64,000 nucleotides of DNA, from positions 108,376,001 to 108,440,000 of the forward strand of contig OZ024743.1 of NCBI GenBank assembly GCA_964016885.1. The letters run 5' to 3'. Source of the DNA: Eledone cirrhosa (Eukaryota). Shown piece by piece: positions 29,359-44,966 of the stretch; position 1 is the stretch's first letter; each line of letters opens with the position of its first letter. Both the position numbers and the translations under genes were made by a program. Under the pieces are notes generated by a model that saw nothing but the letters and a program-made list of their open reading frames with translations, did not search any database and was not told the origin of the DNA.

Positions 29359-30049
29359 TATATATTAAAATGTAACTTTTGCATAGCTGTATATATACAG
29401 CATACATAGATACATGCATACATACATGCATACATACATACATACATGCATACATACATACATGCATACATACATACATACATACATGCATACATACATA
29501 CATGCATACATATATACTTACTACAAGCACGAATTCGTATATATGTATATAAACATATGCAGTTTTGAAAGAAGAAAAAATAGTTTCATATAAACTGATC
29601 AATATAAACCAATTGTAGAAGGAAACTTTTTCTTTATTATTTCTGCGATCGCTAAAATATGAAACAATAAAAATGTCCATTAATATATTTGTTGTTATTA
29701 CATATTTTTTTTAATTTCTTGAGAGGAAATTTTTTCAGATTGAATATGTTGTTCATGGTAGAATATGTATTTATTTTCGGCTGTTTAAGCTATTGCATCA
29801 AAACCTGCCGAGGCTCAGTCAATCTTGTAGTAATTCTTCTTCGTTTTTGTTAGAAATAAACAGATAATAAAACCTTAGCCGACACTTGCAAATGGTACTT
29901 ACTTCGACAACGCTAGTATAATGTAAGATAAAATGAGCCACGGTGGGATTTGAACTCTGGATTAAAGGACTTGTATCCATCACCTTAACACCTATTTAGA
30001 TTATGCTTCATAGACTATAAGAAGGAGAAAAAGGGTTAATCAAAATGGA

Positions 30050-30917
30050 AGTTTCATACAAAATAACTTCAATAATTTTAAAAGCGGTATTAGGGAGAAC
30101 CTATGACAGGATGACGGTGTTAGAGATCATTAAAACCAAAAGGAACGCCATTCAGTAATCAAAGAGACATAACATTACAGGAAATAACTAAAACCAGAAG
30201 ACATACAGCTAAATAATGAAGCTGACCTAATTCCATCTAAAGCAGCAAAAGTACACAAAATCAAGTCAAATTTAGAAGGTCTTAAAACATAACAGTTCTT
30301 GAGAAGTCTGGAATTAAATGCTGAAACAGACGTCCCTATGTTTGATGCTCAGGTCCAGAGGTTCTTTACAAGGAATTGTGACGCAAATATTCTCAGAAAC
30401 AAAGCAGACCTCAAATTCTGGATATCTGAATTACAACTTGAAATAATTGACCATATGATATAATAAGATCCCTCACATAAGCAGCAACTGAATATAAGGT
30501 TAGACATGATAGGGTGGGGCAATTCATTCACTAGATAATACACAAACAATACAATGCGGAGCGGAACATACAGAAAACTGGTGTAAAATTGGTACCTTTG
30601 AGACTTTATTATTCGCAGAGTTCACACTACTAATGAAAACTGCCCTGATATTATTATTAAATATTTTAAAACCTACACTGGCTGACTCATTCACAAACTG
30701 TACCGTCTGATAAAAAGGCAAAATATAGAAATCTAGAAATTGAGATTAAACAGAACATGGCCCCTTAAAACATAAACTATTCCGATAATCATAGAAACAT
30801 TAAATGTCATCTAGAAAGATGTTAAAAAGTTCTAGATAAAACCTGGTATACCTAACATCGATGAAATCTAAAAGATAGTTCTAGCAAGTACGGCCCACAT
30901 ACTACGTAAAATGTAAT
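30050..30917 (+). mobile_element. Decayed R4/Dong-like LINE 3' region (zinc knuckle and RLE endonuclease)
   Basis: Fragments readable across frameshifts: LNAETD..MFDAQVQRFFTRN.DANILRN, EIIDH, RHDRVGQFIH, PDIII, KYRNLEIEI, TIPIII, KIVLASTAHILRK. Ends in TAATAAT. Confidence 0.8.
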
Positions 30918-31108
30918 AATTATAATTGTTTCAGATTCAGGCCAACAATTTTGGGGGAAGGGAAAGTCGATTAAACTGGTACTTTATTGTATCGACCCCG
31001 TAAGGATGAGACGCAAAGCTAACCTCTGTGGGACTTGAACTCAGAAAGTATAGGGTCGTTACTCTATGTCACGAAGCAAGGTGTCCGACTCTCTACCAAT
31101 TCACCGCC
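30918..31108 (-). mobile_element. SINE family 1 (insert-bearing variant)
   Basis: ACTGGTACTTTATTGTATCGACCCCGTAAGGATG...TTGAACTCAG...CCAATTCACCGCC. Confidence 0.85.
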
Positions 31109-31696
31109 CTTAATAATAACAAACCATTAATTTGGTACATGTGTTTACATTTCATCAATAATTGTTTAGAAAATGCACCTTTATATTTATGTGTTATAAG
31201 TTACCAAATATCTTTCTCATACTCTATCACGCTCTTTCACCATCTTTCTTTATCTCATTCCCTTTGTCTCTCTCCTTTTCGCATATCCAGCCATGTATTC
31301 ATCCTCTATCTCTTTCTCACGCTGATATTATTTCATTCATATGCAGCATCCGTGCGCGATCACACACACGCACACGTAAGATGTAGATATATACACATAC
31401 ATACATAGAAGTTCATGCATATGTTTAGATGTTAGTTCACAGCTATCCATATATTCCTCTAACCTCCTCTTGTTCTCCCTCTTTATATACATATATATAT
31501 ATATGTGTGTGTGTGTGTATGTGTGTGTGTGTGTGTGTGTATGTGTGTGTGTGTTTCTGTTTAGTATATCAGTTTGTATAACATGAATACATTTATGTAT
31601 TTCTCTATGTCTGTACCTGTCAAATCCACTCACACAACAATAAGTTGCTTAGCTCCTCTAATGTGTGTAATGTTTATTTTCGTATTTCTTTTGCAG

Positions 31697-31838
31697 CTGC
31701 CGGTTGCAAGTTCCCTGTTGACTGGCAAGGAGTTTGGTTCATTAATGGCAGAGGCGAAATACGGATTGGCGCCACGAATATTAGCTACTTGGGAGAATGT
31801 ATTCAGGAAAAGGAATATAAATATAAACTCCTTGACAA
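31697..31838 (+). CDS. Internal coding exon (142 bp, phase 1 to phase 2) of a probable secreted/extracellular Cys-Trp beta-domain protein, resembling the invertebrate DUF7042/7043/7044-type family
   Basis: Acceptor TATTTCTTTTGCAG|, donor AA|GTAAGT, open frame AGCKFPVDWQGVWFINGRGEIRIGATNISYLGECIQEKEYKYKLLD(K) with a CxFPxxWxGxWF motif and an NIS sequon. The family name is from recollection and needs an HMM search. Confidence 0.8.
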
Positions 31839-31900
31839 GTAAGTACTTTTCCTTCAAAAGATAATAAATACAAAAAACATTAGACATTGATATATACCTA

Positions 31901-32061
<161 letters not shown>

Positions 32062-32174
32062 GCATTCAAACATACATACACACACACGTATATATAATAT
32101 ACATGTATAGATAGATATAAATTTATGTATATACGGATATATATATATATACATATAAATATATATATATATTC

Positions 32175-32235
<61 letters not shown>

Positions 32236-32798
32236 ATGTATACATATATATGTCTGTGAATACGTCTTTGCGTACACTTGGCTAATAAAAACGTGGGATG
32301 TTGGTGTCATGTTTGGCTGATTTCTGCATTTCCATCGTCATATGTCTCACCGAGAGTGAGAGCGAGAGAGAGAGAGAGAGAGGGGGGCGGTTAAATGAGA
32401 TAAGGGGTGAACAGACATGACGTTAACTGAGTCCTTGTAGGAGTTAGTTAAATTTGTACACCTACGAGCTAAACGGCTGATATAATGCGGGATGTGTAGG
32501 ATCATACGTTTCACGTATTTACTTCCAGCATTGCTCGTCTTAAAATGAATTCCGTCTCGTTTAGAATATTCTCGCTCTCATTCTATACACTCTCGCTCTT
32601 TTCCTGTATATCACCCACCTCGGTCTGACTACATGCCTGTCTGTCTATTTATCTCCTTGACCTACACTCACTGCCTTTCATAACGTTGTGTTGTATCTCA
32701 TGTGAAAAGTAAGATATAAATTTGATAAGTATTACATCTTTTGCTTTTATAACCCTGTCTATTAAATCGGAAAATAAATCCGACGCATATACTCACGT

Positions 32799-32993
<195 letters not shown>

Positions 32994-33012
32994 CACACAC
33001 ACACGTACACAC

Positions 33013-33100
<88 letters not shown>

Positions 33101-33345
33101 GCGTTTGCGTGTGTATATGTGGTGTATGTGTATATAACTGTCTCTCTGTCTGTGTGTTTGTGTTCACTCCACCCGCTCACGTACAGAAGTACCCAAGTAT
33201 ATAATATTATGCTTGATGTTATTGGACACCGCTGTATATCAACTTAGATCATGGTGGGAAAGAACTAAACATTGAGGACAATCGAGCAGGTGATCTATAT
33301 CGATCACTTTAATTTACACAGTATTTACACAAATACATTAACGCA

Positions 33346-33346
<1 letters not shown>

Positions 33347-33386
<40 letters not shown>

Positions 33387-33388
33387 GT

Positions 33389-33452
<64 letters not shown>

Positions 33453-33480
33453 ATATCTATCTATCTATCTATCTATCTCT
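33347..33480. repeat. (ATCT)n microsatellite, LINE insertion site
   Basis: Seen directly; resumes at ~39038 after the LINE. Confidence 0.95.
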
Positions 33481-33736
33481 GGGATGGACACATGTGTTAA
33501 ATTGCTCGGTAAGTTTTGTTTAAATTACTTTAGAAATTCGTCATTGTGAATTTTTATTTTTATACCAATTTGTAGAGGGACTGACAGGTCAAATTTTGAT
33601 CTGGTCAGTCTCCCAAAATATCGTGCCGCTCAGGGCAAAAACATCCAACATATTTTCGAAAATATTTTTGCAAAACACTTCAATTTTGAAAAAATGGCCG
33701 AACCAAAGGCACTTACTTCTTTGTCAATACGAGATT

Positions 33737-35534
33737 ATGGGAAGGGACAGCCAGGTAGTAGCAGACATGGACAAAGGAATGCCAACATTATCACCTCAAC
33801 ATTTAGAAGAGGAACAAGCTTCAGCTGCTTGTAAAAAAATGAACACGCCTGACGTCAGAAACGTCACATTTATCCACACACAGAAGGAAGAATGTGTAGC
33901 AAATACTAACACCACCACAAGCAACAACAACAACAACAACACAATAAATGAGAACAGCAACAATACAATGAAAGGAATCAGCGGCAACACAACGAATGAG
34001 ATCATCATCACCACCAACAACAACAATAACAAAATGTCATTTGCAGCAACTGTTACTAAGCAACAGGATTTTAAATATTACTCCATGGACATTTCCCAAA
34101 AGTCCCAATATTTGGAAGAAGCTTCCAACTATGTGACGTTTGAGGTAGACACCCCACACATACACATGCCTCCACAAGTAAGAGAGATGACACAGAACAA
34201 GAAACTAATCTATAGAACAGTTGACATCATTACCAAAAAACCCATAACGCTCCCAACAAGCACTATTGAAGCTGCACTAAAAGATATCAAGCCAGACGTA
34301 GTATAACTCCAAAGAGCTAAACAGTATGGAAGTATGTCAGTGCTCTTTAAGAGCGAAACTCTGGCTCAAAAACACTCGGTTCACCCAATAAAAACGGATC
34401 AACACATCTTCTTCCTCACATACATGGGACGAAGATCCTACAAAATAAAAAATAACAAGGATCCCAGCAGAGGTCAACATATGGTGGATCCTACGCTGCA
34501 TCCTGAAGAAGGATGAGGACACCCTCATATCTGTAGACAGGACAGACCGGCATAACTGGTTTGGAACCTGCATCGAGGTTCTGGTACAAATGACGCCAGA
34601 GAGAGTTGATAAAATTCCAGACAGGATCGTCCTTGAGGAACATGTCATCTCCATCTTAGTGGAGGGGAAATGACCTCAGTGCCATAAGTGTGGGAAAACC
34701 ACACATTTAAAGGCCTTTTGCCCTCTCTTAAACAAACCGAGGACAAACAAGGTGTTATTACCAACACCAAAACCCCTACATCAACACCCCAGACCAAACA
34801 CAACACAAACACCTGCAACATCCACTCCAACAACACCACAGACCAGAGACAACCACACACACAAAATCCCTCAGAAAAAAAACCGTCCATTGTCTCCTCC
34901 CTCCCTGTCAAATACTTCCACAAACACCTGCACAAACACTCCACCACACAACATACCCCTCCCATCTACCCCTGATTCAGAAGTCTCAGACACTTGAACC
35001 TGTACATCTCCAAGTGAGAATGAAGAGGAACCCCCAAAATCCAATAAAATAAAGAAGAGACAAAAAAAAAACGAAAAAAAAAAACATCTACAGAAAAGAC
35101 GCCCCCCCATAAATACATCGACACAAACGACAAACACACACACCAGCAACACAATCACCACCAAACACAACCAAACACTTCACCCCAACCACAAAAAGAA
35201 AATTACAAACAGAAACAGCACACATAAAAAACAAAACACATTACACATACATAAAACAACAAATAAAGAACTGGTAGATACTGTCCGAAAGGACCCTACT
35301 ATCCAAACGGAAGGGAAAACCTTCCCCACCAACGACCCACCCCCAAACCTCAAACTGATCAGGGTAACAACCCTACAACATGAAACGTTGAAAGGGCCCT
35401 TCCCACATGATGTGGGCCCACCTTGCCAAAAACCCCTTAACCGTTTCCTACTAAAAGGATTCCCTCCCTCCCCAAACACCCCCGATCTGGACATTGAGAT
35501 CGAACAACGCGACCTCCAGGAAACGAAAAGGTAA
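33737..35534 (+). pseudogene. LINE ORF1 (gag-like), disrupted
   Basis: MSFAATV motif, zinc knuckle CHKCGKTTHLKAFC (CX2CX4HX4C) at ~34680-34721, low-complexity T/K/P tail; stops and frameshifts. The start codon is uncertain. Confidence 0.75.
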
Positions 35535-35574
35535 GTGTTCCTGCCTTTTCTCTCCCAAACTCTTCTTCACCAAC

Positions 35575-38500
35575 ATGGCAACTATACAAGTTGAATGTTT
35601 GAATGTACGTGGCCTGGGTATGCCCTGGAAACAGGGCCAGCTTTTAAATTATCTCAGGTCACATTGTATAGATGTGATAGCCATCACTGAGTCCAGGATT
35701 CACGACAAGCAGCAGCTAACCTCCATGTTCGACGACTTTGAGATCTACGCATCTTTCTGTCAGCCAGGAGGTGGAGGGGGAGTTGCTGTTCTGTTTCGAA
35801 AAAAACTTGGATCTCAAAGCACAAACGATTCACTTGGACCTGGAGGGCAGCTTGGTGGTCCTGGACATGAATGGTAGTGAAGGTGGAGCTTTCAGACTGG
35901 TGCCCGTATATGCCCCGACTGGGATATCGCGACCAGAGTTCTTCAAGCGTCTGGAGCACTTCCTGGGAGCGTCTCGCTCCTTAGTATTAGCGGAGGACTG
36001 AAATGCCATCTTAGATGCACGTTGGGATTATGTAGGAGCTTGTGATAATAGAGGAGGGTACAACAGCCTCAAAAATCTCATCAGCCAATTCTAACTGGCT
36101 GATAGATATCGACTAGACTTCCCAAATGTACCACTGTGGATGTGGATTAACCGCACTGGGTCTTCTAGATCCTATTTACATAGATTTTTTAAATAGACAG
36201 AAAGATAAGGAAATATTAAGCTGTCCCCAAATGCACATGGTTCTCTATTCAGACCACAAATTAGTTGCCTGCGTTGTCAACCTTGATAGAACACATAGAC
36301 TGGGACCCGGATACTGGAAGCTAAACATGTCGCTTCCGGCGCATAAGGCCTACAGTAAACGGACTAGCACCTTAGTTAAGTGCAGTTGACGGGGACGATC
36401 GTCAACAACAGGTGGTGGAGATCTCTCAAGAGAGCAAGTAGAATAGAATCGATAGCATTTAGCATGGAAGTAGCTTTAGGAACTGGTAGCTAAAGTAGAA
36501 GAGGCTCTTAGGAATTGCAGTACAGCTGATGTGCTAGCGGCGAGAACAGCACTAGACCAGTTCTTCAACGTGACACACGAAGGTTGTATTGTCAGAAGTA
36601 GACCACGTGCTCTAAGAAACGAGGGAGCCAAAGCTGTTAACTGGGCCCGAGTGGCAGAGGCGAAAAGTGGGAACAAATCCACAATTCGGTCCTTGCAAGA
36701 CAATGATGGACGCATTCTACTTGAATCCAAGCAGATGTGCATGGCCTTTCAGCAGCATTGTGCACAACTGTTCGGGAAAAGCGGTACGTCAAGGGAGGTG
36801 ATCGATTTCAGCTCCTACCACGACGGCGTACCACGACTCTCGAACACGGATGCGGAGTGCTGCGAAAGGCCGATCACATCGGGCGAAATAGAAGATGCCC
36901 TACGCCGCTGTGGGAAACGCAAACCACCCTGTTTAGATGGTCTAGCCTATGAGTTTTACATAGGCATGCCATACTTGTTCTCTGGCATCCTCGAAACGGT
37001 CTACTGCAACTGGCAACAGTACGGGAGGATCCCAGTTCTGTAGGCAGAGGCGTAGTAACGCTGATCAGGAAAGATGAGATAAGCAATATCAGGCCCATAA
37101 CTCTGCTCAACACATAGTTAAAGATGTTGGCCAAGGTGTTAGAAGCGAGGCTGGCGCTTGTCGTCGAGAATCTGATAGGGGAAGCGCAAACGTGTGCAAT
37201 CCCGACCATGTCCATACACGACAACCTCCACCTCATGCGATACATCATAGAGAGGGTAGGGTGTAAACCTGGTTTCGGTGGAGCCCTGATCAATTTAGAT
37301 CAGTCTAAGGCATTTGATAGGGTCGACCATCAATACTTGGAAGCGGTTCTCAAAGCGACCGGCTTTGGACCCGTCTTCAGAGGCTGGATCGCTGCCATGC
37401 ACAACAGCATCTGCACGGCAGTCAATGTGAATGGCTACCTATCGGAGCCATTCCAAACCATGCGTTCCATCCGTCAGGGGTGCCCTCTCTCCTCCATTTT
37501 GTATGTACTGACTCTCAAGCCATTACGGCGGAAGTTGAAGCTGTTGCAGGGCATGCTGATCGAACCAGGACTGGGAAAAGCAGCATCGGCCTGTGCCGAC
37601 AATATAGCTATAATGGTGTCGAAAACATCGGACATCGGGGTAATCGGCAACCTATTACATGAACACGAAACGTTGACAGGAGCAAGACTAAACCCAAACA
37701 GGTCTGTCGGTTTGCAATTCGGCACATGGAGAGTAAAAAACCTTGTCTTCCGAGTGTGTCGTTGGATGCTGGACGGAAGGACCGGCGAAATTATTCGGGG
37801 TCTGGTTTGGTCCAGACCTCCAGGTGGACAAGAACTGGAACAAGGTCACAGCGAAGGCGTTTGCACTCACCCAGAAGTAGGCTGAGTGCAAACTCTTCTT
37901 GAAATGTCGAGCGGAAGTGGCGAACACTTACAGAGCGTCCGTCATCTGCTACCGTTTGACAGTCGTTCCTTGTCCTCGCGAGTACCTCACCAAAATGGAA
38001 CGCCTACTCTTCAAGTTCCTCTGGAAGAAACAGGCTACGTCGGTGAGGAGATCCATCTTCTGTCAACACCCTTCTAACGGAGGGCTGGGCATGCCGTGGC
38101 TGATGATGCGCAAACATGTGCTGAGGCTACGCCATCTCCAAATGTTCCTGACCGGCGAAACGGTGTGGTTGTCATTTGTGAGATGAGCTCTTCCACAAAT
38201 CGTCTCACTAGCAGAGATGCAAGCGAAGACCGAAAATGGGCCCCTGACACCTCGAGTGCCTCCAGGCGCTCACAGCCCTCTACCAAGCGGAAACGGCAAT
38301 CAGCGGGAGGACTTTTCTTCCAGGGCATATGGATAACTTCCAGAGGTCTCTGGCCTGGCAGTGCTACCGACGAGGCACGGACGCCCTGGCAGAGATCGTG
38401 CCAAAAGATCCAAGATGCGAGCAGGACATCGAAACCGTTCTGTACGCAATTGTTCAGTGCCCAGGGGTGACCGGCCTGTGGAATTATGTCGAACAGCTAC

Positions 38501-38823
38501 TGTCACGTGTAGGGCGCATCCAGTTGTCAGCCGAGTCCATCATGAGGATCACCCCGTCGCCTTCATTTACGAATGAAGGAGAGGCGGTCTTCCCCTGTCT
38601 TGTGGCTATGGCAAACGAGGTAATATGGTGGACGAGGTTAAAAGGACTGAGGGCAAGCACCCTTCTCTCCGGACAACAACTCATCCCCTTCTTTAAATAC
38701 CACTTCAGAAGGAAGGTGAGAGTGGTGAGAGAGGTTCTACACCCCAGTAAATTCGCTGAACGTTGGGTGAATGTGGCTAAAATGGCGCTGGTGAATGGGC
38801 CTCCTCTGTATATAAACCTGTAG
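35575..38823 (+). pseudogene. LINE ORF2 (APE endonuclease, reverse transcriptase, C-terminal zinc motif), disrupted
   Basis: CLNVRGL, AITESRI, GGVAVLF, VYAP, SDHKLV, GPGYWKLN, PCLDGLAYEFY, IRPITLLN, LDQSKAFDRVDHQYL, IRQGCPLS, CADNI (decayed YADD), GGLGMP, PRCEQDIETVLYAIVQCP. Confidence 0.93.
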
Positions 38824-39090
38824 GTTGAGGAAGATAAACAGAGGGAAGACGGAAACACCTACAAAACGTGTTCCTCGTGTTGAAGGTTGTCCTATCCACG
38901 GGGTGTAAAACAACCCCGCAGTAGCGTTACCCTAATGGGGATTTCAATTGTATTATTTTTATATAGTTTATTGTTATTTATCATTGTTTGTAATGTCCCA
39001 ATTTTGTACGCCCCCTGTGGCAAATAAAGAAAGATATATATCTATCTATCTAACCATCTATCCATCCATCTACCTATCTATACACACACA

Positions 39091-39146
<56 letters not shown>

Positions 39147-39683
39147 ACCAAAGATTAATATGGTTCGTTGAATGCTCAACGAATACAATATTACAATAGA
39201 TTAGAAGGACTCAATAGAGGTTATTCCTGGAGTTTTTAATATTATTCAAAATGTTAATAAATTGATTAACATCTTGAATAATATATATATATATATAGAT
39301 AGATAGATAGATAGATAAATATATAGACTGATAGATATATTAATAATTGATAGTCTTTGCTCTGAAAGTTAAACCATTTCGATGGCAAAATTGGAAATTA
39401 AATTATAACATACATAAACATATACAAACACACTCACACATACAACACACAAATACACCCCCCCCCCACACACGCACACACATACATACATATATAAGTC
39501 ACTGTGTTTCTCTGTATCCACATGCCTATACCGAGAGAAAGAAAGTAACAAGATAGAATGAACCAGAGACTTAACAAGGAATATATGTTATCAAACATAG
39601 AATTGGTTACTGCATTAGGTTGAAGAGTGTATATCGAAGGAAGATAATGCCGATCCATAAACATGCATACATAAACCTCTCTC

Positions 39684-39770
<87 letters not shown>

Positions 39771-39794
39771 TATTTAAATAGCTTAATTTATAGA

Positions 39795-39828
<34 letters not shown>

Positions 39829-39928
39829 TATAATTATATAAATGTATATATATATGTATGTATATATATATTTGTATATATGCATGTATGTATATATGTA
39901 TGTATGTATATATATATATATATATATA

Positions 39929-39985
<57 letters not shown>

Positions 39986-40088
39986 CATATATTTATATAT
40001 ATGTATGTATATAGATATATATAAATATATGTATATACAGACATATTTATATATATGTATGTATATACATATATATATATATGTGTAT

Positions 40089-40159
<71 letters not shown>

Positions 40160-40876
40160 ATGCGTTTGTCTTTGTGCTCGTGTGTGTTCGCTTCTGTGTG
40201 CAAAAATGAAATGAAATCCTATCGCTGTTTTTCCTAATGGATAAATTAAAACGTAAGCAGATTCGATTAAAGCAGGAACCAAGCTTGATCAATTCTATTT
40301 ATACAGTTCAGTTATTTGCAATAATTTCTGCATATGATAGAAGATGGCGTGAGAGAGAGATGGGAAGAGAAAGGTACATAGAAAAAGAGAGATATGGCAA
40401 ATGAGGGGTAATAAGAGAGAAAGAGAACATTAAAAAACATTCAATTCTGAAATAATATTTCGTACTATTGCATATGCATGAATGATTGCTATCTTTGTAT
40501 AGTATTTCCAATAATGAAAGCATTAGAATCCATACAGAAATGTAGTGATTAAATAAACAAAGAAAAACAGAAGCTAAAACAATATACACAACCACACACA
40601 CACACGAATGCACATAATCATACAGCCATAATATGTACATATATGCACACACAAGCATATACATCAAAACAAGCATATGGATACATACCCACAATCATTT
40701 TGCCAATTAGGCATGAAATTGTAGTATTACATTGTTGATAATATACGGAAAAAATAATAAATGGTGTACCGTTAATGTGTGTGATTCCCTGTATTTGTTC
40801 GCGTTGTAGATGGAGCGGTAGTGTAAATTGAGTAGTTATATTCGTTTTACATTGGAAATGGAGTGGAAAACAATAT

Positions 40877-40956
<80 letters not shown>

Positions 40957-41048
40957 ACATATATATATATATATATATAAATATAGAAAGATTTGAATGG
41001 ATACAGTTTAGTTGAAAGTTGTTCGCATTTACAACACAACGGAAAATA

Positions 41049-41113
<65 letters not shown>

Positions 41114-41115
41114 TT

Positions 41116-41232
<117 letters not shown>

Positions 41233-41299
41233 AGAACGATGAGGGGGGACAGTCACGGAAACGAATCTCAATTTTCGAATAGTATCTAGTTTATCAAGC

Positions 41300-43230
41300 G
41301 GATGTATGATAGATATGATGATTCAACGGCTACATTTCGCAATATAACAAAGAACCGGGTATTTCTACCTCATACAAGATTATATGCCAGTTCCGTGTTA
41401 ACAAACTGGTACTGAATGATGCTAGAGTGTACACAAACTATTTTAAGGTGGCTACAGCATTTACATTTACAAGATTGTTTTTTGATTTGGCTATACATGT
41501 ATGCATGTATATCAGTGTGATGAGACCACTGTGAACTTCATTAAAATTACAATAAGGAAAGGGCTAACATTCCATATGGTTACGAAACACTTCATCACGC
41601 CATGATTATGATTTCTAACCACAAAGGAATATCCATAGGTTATGGCAAGAGAACTGTGCATCTAATCATCGTTTCATGTTATGTTTGTTACGCTAACGAT
41701 GAATAAAAATACTAGTAATAATAGCCAATATGGGATATTACGTAGGAAGATAAACATCCAGTCTCATCTATAAACTCCTCTTCAAAGATAAACTGAAATT
41801 TTATGATGTTAATAAAACCTTGCTTGCATATCTGCCTAGTGTTGTTGTTCGCATTTAAACGGGAGATATTTGTTGTGGTGCTACAACTAGACAGCTTACA
41901 AGTGGAGCAGATAAACTGCAATAAGAGCGAGAGGAGAAAATAGAAAACATCGTAAAATGCGCTTTTCACGCATACATGGGCCTATATAAAAGAAACGTTG
42001 TGCGTGCAAAAACTGTGAGATAAGCAATGAGAAAGGAATATTTTGACATTAAACTATTGAAAATAATCATATAAACTGTGAGACGTGTATGTGCCAGCTA
42101 CATCATATGGCTCAACAGCATGAGACTGATGTATACACGCACTCCGTTCCATAAACTGTAATACTAGAAATCTACTAATAAATGTATACTACACAACTGA
42201 CCTGAAAACCCAACGACTACGTAATCTAGATAAGAGAAACACGCTGGTGTAGAATGATCAGCAATATGCAACATAAGAATGCAGTTATCAATGAATCTCA
42301 TTACCTTTCCAAATTACAAGCGAGACGTCACTTTCCCTGAACTTAAAAAAATGGGTCCAAATCTATAATATCCACATAAATAAAATTATCAAGGGAAATT
42401 GTATTAGACTTCAAAATATTAACGTTTAAACTTAAAACGTTGAACAAGTAGCGAATCATGGCCAACGGCGAGGAAGACCCAAAATGTATATATGTACATG
42501 ACCTATAGACTCATGAACTCTCACCTCTCTGGACAATTCTGGCCTGAATGGAGGAACAGAAGAAGCAGAATTCACAATAGGAAAGCAGGATTATCTCTAT
42601 ATTAAATCAAATAAGCACAACTACAATATGGATGACACATTCTAACAGTACAACGTATTTTCGGTAACATTATATGATAGGTGGATTGGCAGTATCGGTA
42701 GAGGGTCGGACACCATGCTTTCCAGCATAGTTACGTCCCTTTACGATCTGAGTTCAAATCCCGCCGAGGTTGACTTTGCCTTTCATCCTTACGGGGTCGA
42801 TAAAATAAAGTACCAGTAATGCACTGGGTAATTGCTGGCCTTGTGCCTAAAGTAGAAACAATTATATGATACTGTGCGGGTATGTGCAAAACTAAATCCT
42901 ACAAATTATATTAGAAAACAACATAGCGAAGTAAGGATTCTTTATATATACTAAGTCCAGAATTCCAACAACTTCTAGAAAATGATCTGTAATTACCAAT
43001 ATGAGTATGCACATGATTTAGAAAAGGCCAATAGTTAGTCTAACAAATAGCACATAATAATCCTGACAAAATTACAACGACATACTAATTTTCGGCATAA
43101 AATAAGAAGGAACTATAATGTTCACGAAGGTAGCTGTTATAGCGAGTACATCTAGCGTAATTCATCATGCTGTTTATATTTAGTTCAAACTAAATAAAAT
43201 ATGTTGCACTAGAAACAATGCATAGTGGGG
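41300..43230 (+). mobile_element. Highly decayed R4/Dong-like LINE (RT to endonuclease), interrupted by a SINE
   Basis: Traces: LLFKDKLKFY (cf. LLFMDDLKLY) ~41775, NSGLNGGTE ~42535, IAHNNPD ~43048. Confidence 0.55.
42680..42865 (+). mobile_element. SINE family 1 with an 11-bp target-site duplication
   Basis: ATTATATGATA at 42669-42679 and 42861-42871 flanks a near-consensus copy. Confidence 0.95.
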
Positions 43231-43693
43231 ATATTTGCATTTAGACTAGCTTGATATGGTTTATGATGCCATTTGTTTTGGTGAAGATTAAACTTTTTCA
43301 TAATTATAAAGGTCACATAAATTTAAACGAATAATGTAACTATGACTGAAATAAGTCTGAAAGAGGCGATATTAAAATTGTCATTGTTTTGAGCAGTCAA
43401 GTAATATATAATGCTTGATAATATTGTGGTGAATTGTATGGTGATTTTTTTTTTATTTGGCTGAAAGACAATGGTTTAAGTACAAATTCTTGAAGATCAG
43501 TGCACATGTTTCGATATATATGGGATTGGCACGGTAACTTCATATATGAATGATGCCACCTCGCATAAATTGTCCAGGAAAAATCGATATGACTGGCAAA
43601 ACCCTAGAATGAGGTATCCTAGCATGGCCGCGGTGTAACACAGAAAATTATATGTATATATATATGTATAAATACATATATATATATGTATAA

Positions 43694-43767
<74 letters not shown>

Positions 43768-44513
43768 ACGTGTGCGTGTGTAACTGTATAAATGCATGCA
43801 TGTATAGAATATGTATGAAATAAGGGGAAGAGCATTTGAAAAAATACTGCATCATGCATGTACACGTGTTTGAAATAAGACAATAAATATTTATAAAGTA
43901 CTTTTTTACACTGTGTTGTAGGAGTTGGTGGCGTGGGGGAAAATTTTATAAAAGCGAAAGATAAGAAAAAAAAATCACTTCGAGAATTGTTGAATGAACG
44001 GTTGAAGGGGAGATGGCGGGAGATTAGTGAGAGTGCAAAACAGATAAAGAATAGAGAGAAGACGGGAAATTAAGTTTGAGGAAAATTGAAAGATGTGGAA
44101 GAGGAGAGAGAGGAGTAGAAACAGTGAAACAGAAGGAGAAATAGAGAGATAGAGAGAGGGGGAGAGAGAAAAGGAGATGAATAAAGAAAAGAAAAGAAAA
44201 GGTGGGAGATTAGAAACAATGTCCGAAAAGTAGTCAAAGAAAGAAATTTAGAAAAAGGGAATGAGAGAATGAGATGGAATGAGAGAATGAGAGAATGAGA
44301 TACTGAATGAGAGGGGTTATAAGTGAGAGACAGAAATATATAAGAATATATCTCTATACACGAGGACGTACAAGCGTAAGGAACCTGTTCAAATCTATTA
44401 GCGTACATGGAAATAACAAAATACATGTGCACATACATATATACATATACATATATGCAGAAATCTCTTTATATACGTATGTGTGTATGTATGTATGTAT
44501 GTATGTACGTATG

Positions 44514-44661
<148 letters not shown>

Positions 44662-44810
44662 TATATATATAAAGATAGAGAGAGAGACAGATAGAGAGAT
44701 TATGTGTATATGAGTGTGTGTGAGTCCATGCGTATGCACGTAAGTATATGTATGCATGCATATACTTTCATACATGCACATACGCTCACACACTCTCTCT
44801 AACTCTCCTT

Positions 44811-44843
<33 letters not shown>

Positions 44844-44845
44844 GT

Positions 44846-44966
<121 letters not shown>

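Larger units (their letters stand above)
33481..39033 (+). mobile_element. Near full-length Tx1/L1-clade non-LTR retrotransposon (~5.55 kb), decayed
   Basis: 5' UTR, ORF1 with a CCHC knuckle, ORF2 with APE-RT-zinc motif, 3' UTR with AATAAA at 39023. Sharp GC shift; (ATCT)n on both sides. Confidence 0.93.
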
